The translations under genes and the position numbers were made by a program. A stretch of 64,000 nucleotides of DNA from Antedon mediterranea (Eukaryota; Animalia; Echinodermata): assembly GCF_964355755.1 (NCBI RefSeq), contig NC_092671.1, forward strand, positions 2,232,001-2,296,000, given 5' to 3'. The notes beneath the pieces were generated by a model that ran no database searches, was not told the origin of the DNA, and worked only from the letters and a program-made list of their open reading frames with translations. Position 1 is the first letter of the stretch; the number at the start of each line of letters is the position of its first letter. Below are positions 12,201-23,200 of the stretch, piece after piece.

Positions 12201-12514
12201 TGGTCAAATTTAAATGACCGCTGGTGTTTTCAGTCTTTGACCATTCATATGTCAGTTTTGTTGCTGATAAACTATTATGATAAAGTGCTTTTTGAATTTG
12301 CCTTTAGGTATTTTTAATTATTTAACGTTGCAACAAAAAAATGATTATTTGTTTCAAACTAATAAAACATCACTTACATTTTATAAATGATATTTTTCAG
12401 GTACCGATCAGTCATAATCTACCGATTCAGGGAGGAATAAGCTGGCATGCGTTTCTTCCTATATGCGCCGCTGGTGGAAACAGAAAAGTTCATCTCTTCA
12501 CTGCTGAACTTTGA
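9221..12514 (+). CDS. NUP37: Nucleoporin Nup37 (WD40 beta-propeller, Y-complex), 320 aa, 7 coding exons
   Basis: Exons 9221-9367, 9530-9654, 9986-10058, 10447-10632, 10843-11024, 11203-11338 and 12401-12514 total 963 nt with consistent phases. Motifs VEFCPFE..LIAIGG..IGTCVFPEE, FHHGCRVDALSWSP.TSLD.LP, RLFTSDL, GHTDYVN..IASVSDDYTCR.W, GMSV.W, LMVAEK.G.IRFYD, VGAV..DW.IWD and GISWH..LP.C..GG.RK match NUP37. Confidence 0.95.
10160..10412. mobile_element. Degenerate TIR element (Harbinger-like MITE)
   Basis: tttccacta ... tagtggaaaatcggcatta termini and repeated gcgaatc/gattcgc motifs form a GC-rich insert in an AT-rich NUP37 intron. Confidence 0.5.
11648..11887. mobile_element. Tc1/mariner-type MITE with TA target duplication
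   Basis: Imperfect TIR ta|ctgtatatcctccggtataatc ... gattataccagagtatatacag|ta in NUP37 intron 6, with an internal poly-G tract. Confidence 0.75.
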
Positions 12515-13636
12515 CCTTTGTCCCTTCATAAGGGTGAATGACTGTATAAAAGTAGTTTGTGACACTATGATGTATTTCGCATCTCTGATGTAATTGTTAA
12601 AATTGCAAACATGATCAAACGGGAATTCCATATAGTTAGCGTTATCTTGAATCACGACAGCGATGTTCAATTTTCTAGATGGATTAGATTGGAATAACAT
12701 CTGTTGTGTAAAGTCTGATTAAATTCCTTGTTAAGTTGCATTTATTTGATTGATAACATGTTTACAACTTAAAAACATGGAATTTGAATGTTTTTACATG
12801 AAATTAAAACAACTTTGAAATGTATGTTTAAATTCTTGTCAAACAAATAGTGTAAGTAATCCATCCAGAAAAACTGAAAGGTCATGCCTGGCGATTATTA
12901 ATCTTAAAAACATTACATTGTCAGAAATTACCTGACAAAAAAAGTCATTTATTTTATTAAAATTTCACAATTCAGATATTAGTTTATTTTTATTATTGAC
13001 AATAAATTATTAATTTGTTTATACAGTTTTTAATTTTAGCGTTTGCCTTAAAATACATTTTGGCGGGTAAGCTTATTTTGGAATAATCAATTTCGCATTT
13101 TGTCTTCTTCTTTTAACATATTTTTACAAAAGACTTTTGTTAAACACTATCGGACTGGGTTGAATGATCAGCCTCATCTCTTGTGTGGCATACACTCTGT
13201 AAATATAAATATTGTTCCACAATAAATTCCTATAACCAAGTGTATTTGTATATTTCATTATTTAGCACATATCAAATTACTTCACGTTCTTGTATCTATA
13301 TCCATTGCTGATTTCCCTTGGGTAAGATGGTATGATACAAATATTAGCCCTAGCTTTTATCACAAATCCTAAGGGAACTTTGTCATTGCGCTGCTTTTGA
13401 TGCTGGTATTCTGGTCCAAATCCTACTGTGATTTGAGAGCACTTCTATAACCCGTTTGAGAATTAGCCCACCAAAGTTGCATCTAAAAATCCTATAAATT
13501 AATTTTTAATTGGTAAAAAATACATTTTTTGTTTTTAATTTTTGGATTTCCATGGAATTCAATTAAGTATGTTGGGGTCAACTTTCAGTAATGTTTGACC
13601 TTTGTAGGGTGTGTAACACTTTATCATACAGTGTAA

Positions 13637-13920
13637 TAGTCTTCTCGGATAAGGACTATAAACCGTAGGTCCTGTGTACATCTGGCTCATGTGCACTTTA
13701 AAGAACCTAGTACATCTTTCGAGACGAGTAGGGGGTTACCCCGGTGTACTAGTTTACACACACACACTGTCGTGGACAGACGTAATGGAGCTGTAGTTGG
13801 CTGCCGATGACACAATGTGACCCTTAGGGGAGAAGAATGTTGTTGAAAAGGTGCAACATCTTAGTCCACGGCGCCTTTGATCACTTGTTGCTGGAATTGG
13901 CGCTTACAAAATTGTAATTG
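13637..13920 (+). mobile_element. Deu/Nin-domain SINE (5'-truncated)
   Basis: gtcttctcggataaggactataaaccgtaggtcc...ttaaagaacc...cgagtagggggttaccccggtgt resembles the recalled DeuSINE central domain (ctttcggatgagacgtaaaaccgaggtcc...ttaaagatccc...agagtaggggt..accccggtgt). It ends in a LINE-like tail. Confidence 0.75.
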
Positions 13921-14304
13921 TATATAATATATTAATATTATATTATATATTAATATAAAATTTTGTATATAAAACACGAATCGATGGAACTGACTTTACT
14001 TTTTTATTCAAAGTTTTTACTGTCACAAAATTAATTACAGAAAAAAACTAAAATGCTATAATATACAATAATATAATTTCAATAACAATAAGGCTATAAT
14101 TTACAATTCGTTTTCTACAAGGTTTTCCATTTCCACTTCTTATTCAACTGTAGATAATTATTGAACTTTTAATTTATACAAAGTGTTTTAAACTCAAAGT
14201 TGGATTATTAAAATACTCTCATACTCTTATCTCTCGAAACAAATTAAAAGGTATAAAAAATACTTGATAATCGGTGATGTATCTCCACATATGACAATAT
14301 TTTC

Positions 14305-14448
14305 CCAGTATCATAGGAAAAATTGGTAATACAGAATCTCATGTGTGTCACATGTTGTGCCTGTATCATGTAATTATAGTCTATGATACTAGGTGATACA
14401 TGTGAAACACATGTGATGCTGTATTACAGAATTTTCCTATCATACTGG
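14305..14448. repeat. ~145-bp imperfect palindrome (fold-back)
   Basis: ccagtatcataggaaaaatt..gtaatacag..catgtgt..cacatgt pairs with acatgtg..acacatg..ctgtattac..aattttcctatcatactgg. Confidence 0.8.
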
Positions 14449-14645
14449 AGAAATCTAGATACAGTACCGAGAGTGGTTACAAATTTAAAATAAAATTTAT
14501 CTAATGCATATTCATGAAAACTATTCATAAACATGCATATTCATGAGATGCTTGTTCATATAGGAATATCCAGTCACACACAACGCAAAATATGCTAATT
14601 AAAATTTGAATATAGAACTATGTATTTCTATACTTTTATTCATAA

Positions 14646-14773
14646 AGCTCTGTCTATACTATCAAACTATTTTGAAAAAAAAGTGTGTGATGCCCAAATA
14701 TGGCATAATCAAGTCCATATATGGGCACATCACATTTTTGTGTCACATAAAATGTGATAGTGTAGACAGAGCT
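14646..14773. mobile_element. MITE family A
   Basis: Same TIRs as other copies, with TAA on both sides. Confidence 0.85.
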
Positions 14774-15848
14774 TAAGAATGTATGTATTTAACAAATTCA
14801 GAAATAGAAAATAAAATTTGACATGGAAAATGTACGAAGATCGTTAAACCTAACTCTTTTAGACACAAAGAACAAATGCATCATCTAGTTTGAAGCACAT
14901 AAAAAGATTTTTTCCAACAAATTAAATCCGATGACCTATTGACCTTTAAATTCATCCATAAAAGGATGATCACTCGAAGATTATAGCCATGAGGTTAGAA
15001 ACCGTTTTAGCAGATGAAAGTCATAACATTTACAGCCTTATCTCTTTATTAAATCTAACAATTCTACTCGTTTAAATACATTTAGACGAGTAAAAAAAAT
15101 ACCGGATGGATACCACGATCTTGTAATTTCAAATTACAACTAATGTCACATTATTAGGAGTTTAGCAATCGCTCTCTCTATCTCACATAATTTAATCTAT
15201 GTTCATAATGTACAAAAATTCAAGGGAAAGAATACAGTAGTACTATATATTTATATATATTTATATAATATATTTATCTTGGATTGGTACACAATTTTCT
15301 ACAAATCACTCAATTTACAATTTGTTTTAGCAATTTTTTTTTACCTTCAGAATTATTTTCAATCATGCAGGGATTTAGTACAATGTTGTTTTTCTAATAA
15401 TATCAATATAAACTTAGGATTTAGATTCTGAGAAAAAGATAATAATAATGCTACATAAAATGCTACTATAAGTGAAATTTGGCAGTTTTAAAATTATTTT
15501 CATTATTGAATTCAATATTGTTCATAATAACCTGTAAATGTCACTTGTAAAAAAATTATTGAAAATAATTTTTAGTCTTAATTTGTGGTGGTGGGTGCTT
15601 AATAACAAAAGGTATTTTAAGATCATTTTAAGTACAGTAATAAATGCATGAGCTGAAGATGCAATAATAAGATCTTAATCTTTTAAGTGCTTCTTTAAAA
15701 CTAGTTTTCAAACCATTGTCTAAGTTATCTACTTTTTCTACTGAACATTCACTGAAAATGCGTCTTTTTATTGAATACAGTATTATTTATATTACATTAA
15801 AGGTTTTTATAGAATTACTTGATGCTACAATTAAAATAGGCAGTCTTA

Positions 15849-15988
15849 AGCTCTGTCTACACTATCAAATTTTATGTGAACAAAAAATGTGATGTGCCCA
15901 TATATGGACATGATGACATCATATCACTATCATATTTGGGCACATCACACTTTTTTTGTCAAACTAGTTTGATAGTGTAGACAGAGCT
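15849..15988. mobile_element. MITE family A
   Basis: Near-perfect TIRs with TTA/TAA flanks. Confidence 0.88.
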
Positions 15989-17217
15989 TAAGTGCGTAGA
16001 GAGATAAACATTATTTTTCTGTGCTATCAGAACAATAAATTAACACTGAGTTTATACAGCGGTTCTTTGAATACATTCACTGTGCTAGCATTAGGGTAAT
16101 AGTTGAGAGTGGAATATACAATGATTCTACCCGACAAAAACATCTTCATTTTCTACGAATCAATAAACATGACAGGCAGGTGCGTCAGATACATTCCCGT
16201 TTAGTTCATCGTTTCCAGTAATTATCTTAATATTTATTTTCTTAATAGAACCATCTATAAGTTCAATAGATTTTACGCTGAAATTATTTGGCACATGTCT
16301 TTCAAATCTGTAATCTGCAACACTGTAAAAAATAACTTGTGTATTTTGGTTGATATTTTTCAACTCAGATACGTCATTTTGTGATTGGCTGTTGTCGTAC
16401 ATCCTGTTCCTGAGAAACATGGTAATATTTTTCGTAGAGACGGTAATAACTCAACACCTTTGCAATCTTCCTATTAAATAGTCTCTGAAGCTCAGATTAG
16501 GTTAGCTCACTGTTAACATAGTTTCTAGCGTTTTTTACCAATATGTGTTCATGGTTTATTATAAACCCTCAAGTTACTGCAATATTCACACAGAAGGTAA
16601 TGACAGTACATTCCGCACCTCACAACATGTTATGTGTAGGCCGGACCTCTGCTCTCAACACGATTGATTTATGTGTGAGACCTTTTCACTCTTAACATGT
16701 GGCATTCTCTGTGTTGACGCAGGCCAAACTTCTGCTCTCAACATGATAGCTTACTCTTTGTCTGTGCTAGCCAGACCTCTGTTCTCAACACAATGGTTTT
16801 CTGTGTGCCTGTGCAGGCCAAACCTGTATTCTCTCCATGGCTTTGTATAATATCTGTGCAGAGAGCACATTTGAAGGATCGTTCTTCATCAGCTATCATT
16901 TTTAAATTAGCAATACCATGATTTTACAACCTGTGAGAGCAGTATTTAAAACATCATGTTTTATACCTGAACTTCTTCATCCGTAAGCCTACCCTCCATA
17001 GTTATAAGTTTATGAAACCTGAGGGCGGTGTTTACAACATGTCTTCCAAACAAATATTTTAACACTTTGTCTGTTTTTTAAAACTTTGTGGATTTACCGA
17101 TCCTGTGTAAATGTCATGACGATGTTTACAACATTTCACGACCCTCTTGTGAATATATCCACATTCTGAAATTTCACATTTCAATATATTTTATAAACAG
17201 TTGCATTTTCGTTTAAT

Positions 17218-20200
17218 TTAGTAAACAATTTTTGATGTTTTTGAGCAAGATTCAGAAATCTTCATAAGTGTCTTTTTTACACGAAGGGATGTATGTCGAG
17301 CAGATGCCGTGTGGTACCAACATTCCTTCATCAACTTAGCAAGACAAGTTAGCGTCTGTGGGGAGATAAGTAAATCATACATCAAATTCAATTTCAAATT
17401 GCTATCATTACTACAACTTTCAAATTCAAACATCTTACAAATTTTAATTATTCATCCGGGAGCAAAATATGAAGCATTAGACGATGTCTGAGAATCACAA
17501 GTTGAGAAACAAAAACTGATAAATAGTGATGTGTAACATGTGTTATTACCGTGGCGATGATCTCATAAGAAAGATGTCAACATTTGTCAATGATGACACA
17601 CTAGCAGTTGACAGACGGTTCACTATTTGTAATGAATTTGAAATGTAGACAATGAAAAACAGACAATTGTAACTTAACTGAAATCAAGATAGCATAATCC
17701 ATGTATGAAAAAGTGTATTACACACTGAAATATGCTATTATGTTGGAATTGAAATTCTTAATAACATACACTATTGTTATCTTTCTAATGAAGTGTTTGA
17801 ATATTGATTCTCTGCCCAATGATATTCCTTTAATCATTAATAACCACACTTAATCTCTGTCTACACTAACAACTTTATGTGACAACTTTATGTGATGTGC
17901 CCATATATGGACATAATGATGTCATATCACTACCATATTTAAACTAAAACTATCATACTTGGGCACATCACACTTTTTTTGTCAACCTAGTTTGATGGTG
18001 TAAACAGAGCTTTAGGGATCCTGTCAAAAAGATTCTACTGCAGTTTACTGTAGTAACTATACATTTTTACTGCAATAAACAGTTTATATGATGCCAAAAC
18101 AAGCTTGCAGAATAATTGTATAAACAAATTCAAGAGTACACAAAATGTAGTCTATATTTTTTTGGTGTTACTTACTTGGTCTGTACACCACCTATTATGT
18201 AACGTGGGTCTTAGCTTCTCTACACATACAACTTTCCTCATGTACTCAAAACTAGGGTCGTTGGGAACATACTCATAAAATGGTGGTTTATATTCCTCAC
18301 ACAAACCTGAAATAAAAAATAAATTCAAATTAACATCAATGTATTTTGAACATAATATTATTATTGTCATAGTTTCTCTATGAAATCAATAATAAGAACA
18401 TCAGTAATCCTTTCATTTTATTTTTTTCAATAACAAAATGTGATGTTAAAAAAATGAAGTAAATAAAAGATAATCTCTGTCTCCTCCCAAAGCCTGGCAG
18501 GATTATAAAAAGGTTAATTAAATACTGTCTGGCGGTGGCTCTCCAGGCATATATGTGGAGGAGTCTGAGTACACTGTATATGAGAAGCTGTTTTGTAGGT
18601 AACAGGGCCAAAAAAGGCACACAAAACAAACCTACATATCATTGTGGCTAACATTTCGACAAGGGAAATATGGTGAGGCATATTAGTAGCCCCTTCTTTC
18701 TTCCTATAGTATCAAAGGTCAAAGACCCTCCCTCCCACTTCCTTGAGTATTATCAACTACCTTACCTCCAATCTCACACCGCCTTCCAACTTCCCATAAG
18801 ACCATTCCAAAAGCGTAGACGTCAGCTCGCTTGAAAGACTCAAAGCTTTCCATGTTCATAGTCTCGTCCAACATTTCTGGCGACATATACCTTTTTGTTC
18901 CAACTTTATTGTTAGAGCCTACATTAATAGTATTAGAGTCTTCTGAATGTAAAACGGCCAATCCTAAATCCGCGATACAACACGTGAGATTGTCCCGAAC
19001 TAATATATTTTTAGTTTTAATGTCTCTATGCGCAATGGCTGGCTTTGTTCTGTTACACTTTATCTCCGTGTGCAAATGGACTAATCCGCTAGAGGCAGAA
19101 AGAAGCAGACGACACATTAACGGTGGATCTAGAATGTTCCGGTTCAAGAAATCGTAGAGTGAACCGAGAGGATGGTAATGAGTGATTAACCAAAGTTGCG
19201 TGCAAGAATTACGAGACGTCATGTCAGATGCGATGAAACCCAGAATATTATCGTGCCTCAATAATACTGTGTTATAAATCTCTGTTTCTCGTATCCAAGA
19301 TTTTTCGTCTCTTGAACTAAATATTTTGACGGCAACATTTTCTCCCTGCCACTGACCCCTCCAGACTTCACCATACCTGCCCTTACCTGAAAGATAATAT
19401 GATATATATTTTTATTCCTTTATTGTATTAACAAAAACAACCAAGATTAATAAATAAATTTTAATTTAACTTAAATAACTATATTGTGTTTCTGGCCATT
19501 CATTCATCAGTAAAATCAACTTTAACATTTATTGTCATGTAGATGATACAAATAAAAACATCACAAAATTCTATAGACAAAAACAAATGATCAAAAATTA
19601 TTTTAGAGTGTTCAGCATTGTTCAGTGCCCTATAGCACCTGAATAGAAATGGTTACAGAACCTACAGTATTTCTACCAGTGATGATGGACAAGTAACAAA
19701 AGGTATTTTTAGAATGGAAAAGAAATAAATTGTTATTTAAAATGCATTATCAATCAAAATAATGTCAGTTGCAAATATTAATAACTTAGCAAACCTTAAT
19801 ATAAATATTATGGCAATATTTTTCTAAGGAACTTTCCACAAATTGAATTTAAATTAAAAACATATCCGAGTTTAATAAACCATACAAATGTACAAATTGA
19901 ATCTCTATTCATGTAACAGAAATTAAATCATCTTCTTTGTATATCAAGCTATAAAAAAAGGGCAAAATTAATATGTTTTCATGTCAACCAAGTGGGTTCT
20001 CATGGAAACGATGTACTGTATAATATAACTTATGTAATAATGTCTGCGAAATACAAGGATTATTCCAAAATCATTTGTTGCGTCGGCAACGATGAATCAT
20101 GCTTTGGTAACGAAGCAGATCGCCCTGACAACAGTCTGTGCCGTCATGGTGATAAAGTTGTGCGATCATGTTAAATCCGCAAATGAAATTCCTCGCAATG

Positions 20201-23200
20201 ATCTTTTAATGTGAACAAGCTTACTGCGACGTAAGCTGTTCTATACTGGGCTATACATTCCTGTATGAGACCTGACAGTTTAAGTGCTAAGTAAAATTAC
20301 CACTAGATAAATCACAATATCTTGTATCGTTTGTATTACAAATGAGCAAAATACGTTTGTAACATAAAACTTGAGGCAATCAAAGATTTATGCTTCATTA
20401 CGCATCTTCTGATTTTAACTCAGTAATTCAAGTTTTTATGTACTCAAATTATTCATTTTAATCATGTTAACACAGAGGATTTATGAAAAAAGATGTTATT
20501 TTAACAGTTTCTCATCAGCCAATCAGAAGATGTGTGAATCCCAGTACAATGAATCCACACTGCTACTACACATTAACTAACATTTCACACTCAAATATTT
20601 AAATCACTTTTTTATTTATTCCAATGTATGGTATAAAAAATCATTTATTCATTTCTGTCTCAAAAATTGATTTTTTTTGTTTTTATTTAAGTACATTAAT
20701 TATCATAACATATTTATTATTATTATTAACAAAGATTGCTTTTTGTAAAAACCAACAAATTATAACTTATAAACTTACAGAATGTTTCGTAAACCAGATG
20801 AAATATTTCCAATTTTGATTATTATTTTATTCAGGGGAGTTTCTATGAAGGTATTTGTTTGAGGGAGGTATTTATTCGAGGGAGGTATTTATTCGAGGGA
20901 GGTATTTATTCGAGGGAGGTGTTTATTCCAAGTTAACATTTATTAAAATGGTACCTATCTAATTAATATAACATTTCAATAACATTAAATATAAGCATGT
21001 TTTTTCACAAAAAGGGTGCTATATAAATGTGGTATATTATTATTATTACTATATTATTATTAAATATCAAGTTTTTTTCTGCCCAAATGAATAAAAAGCT
21101 AAAATTACTCAAAAAATTCTTTCACTAGAAAAAAAATATAATTTAAATCATTATTAATGTTCCACCTGCCTAAAATATTTGTAATCGTTACTTTCGCTAA
21201 ACGGTAAAACATAACGATAACAGGAAGAAATTAAGGTAACGTTTATTTATATTAATCACATGCATTAAAACGATATTGATTTTTGAATAGTCACCATGCA
21301 ATAAAACCTTCAACAAATTAGTATGGGAACAATTTATTAATTATCAATATTAATAATTTTTATGGAATAATCCCACCATACATCAAAGTGACAGCTGAAA
21401 TCTGGGAATTATCCATTGAGGAAAGTTATGGCTTCAGTAATGTGCTGAGGTTGGCTTTGTTAACGTTAACTTTGAGTACTTCAAATTAAATTCTAATTTA
21501 TGGAAGTTATTCCGTAACTAGAATTTTGATTAATTTATTACAATTTTGAGAACATTATTAATTTTAAATATATTCATGAGATTTAAAAATATATTACTCA
21601 TATTCTTATAATAGCATACAGTAACAACAAAAGAATTTGAGAAGTGCTCTAAAAATAATACTAAAGATATACTATCATATTCAGATTATTAAAATTTAAT
21701 TGTGATTAATTTTAGATGTATTGTCTTGTAAAAAATGAAGGTTAATAAACTAACGCCCGTATTCTTAAACCGGACTTTAGTCGTAGTTCGAGCTAAAACT
21801 AAAAAAATGACGTCATTTTAATTCATAAACCGAACTTCAACTAAATCACCGACTAAATCAGGCCAACCTCGACTAAATCGAGACGGATTTTGATCGATTT
21901 TTTTAGTCCTGGAGGGAGCAGACTAAATGGTCGACTAAATGGTTTTTAAATGGTTTATAAAAAACGTAACAGTCATTGAGTTGTTATATTGGCCAGATAT
22001 ATATCTATATTTATATTAGCTTAATTAAATATACATTGGTATAAATTATAATAATGAAAATCATCTTTATTTACAACTGTATACAAATTACATTATTTTC
22101 TTCGCGCAAGTCCGACTTGAGCTACGTCACGCGACAATGGGAGATGCGGCAATTCACCACGCGATGGAATGTTTAGGGGGCCTAGCGCTTTCTTGTCACG
22201 CTATGACGTGCGTGGTTCGTGGCGATCATAGTTTGTTGGGGGCCTAGAAAATATAAAAGTTACCGTACCGCCATGGTTCCTAAATATATTTTTAAGATTT
22301 TATTTGTTGTTAATCAAATATACTTCACTGTTAAATTAATACTGATATTGTTCTAATAATTAACGATTAAAATTATTTTTCATGTATATAGTCCTGATGC
22401 GTAAAAAGTGTTGTAAGAAATGGAAAGTGATATCAATGCGCAAAATTTCGTCTGCTCCTCAATACTCTCTTGTCATTGGCCAATGTATAGCCTTTGTTAC
22501 CCAGACGTGTGCAACTCGACTAAAAGCTCGACTTCATTAAGTCGAACTGCAAACTTCGACTACTTCGTTTTTGAATCGAATTTGAAGTAATAGCTCGAAC
22601 TACGACTTTTCCAAGTCGAACTTTGAACTACGACTAAAGTCCGGTTTAAGAATACGGGCGTAAGACTTTGAATAGTTAATCACTTTTGTAAAAAATACTA
22701 AAAAAAAGGGTTGTCACTTACAAAAAGACAAAATTAACGGTTAAATTACACCAAAATCTCATTTACAGTACTTCCAGTCAATTAAACTTTGTTTGTGTTA
22801 TTGTTAAAGTAAACTATTTTTTTTTTTCATTTTTCGATCCAATTTTTGGTCAATGTGAATAACTATTATATGACATTAAAATGGGTATTCAACAACAAAA
22901 AAATTTTTTTTTCAGGGTGACAATATATCTTTGATACTTACCAACTTGTTCAACCAATGTAATTTGTCGTGCTACTGTTCTTTGTACCAAGAATGGTAAC
23001 CCTGATCCACTGCCAGACGTGCAAGAATGGTCAAACATGTCCTTTAAAAACAAAAATAAAAACATTTTAAACATATTATTCTTAAGTTCTCTCTACATTA
23101 TCAAACTAGTTTGACAAAAAAGTGTTACTGTATGTGCCTAAATATGGTAGTGATATGCCCAAATATGGTAGTGATATGATATGACATCATCATCGTCATG

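Larger units (their letters stand above)
13985..17217 (-). other. Putative long 3' UTR of the receptor gene, convergent with the NUP37 3' end
   Basis: Lies downstream of the TAA. A minus-strand AATAAA is at 14003-14008, but other AATAAA candidates lie nearer the stop, so the true end is not determined. Confidence 0.35.

Noticed and set aside
16160-16420. 86-aa minus-strand ORF downstream of the receptor stop
   Set aside because: No recognisable homology, and its length is within chance expectation for UTR sequence.
18831-19157. 108-aa plus-strand ORF
   Set aside because: Antisense shadow of the receptor kinase exon.
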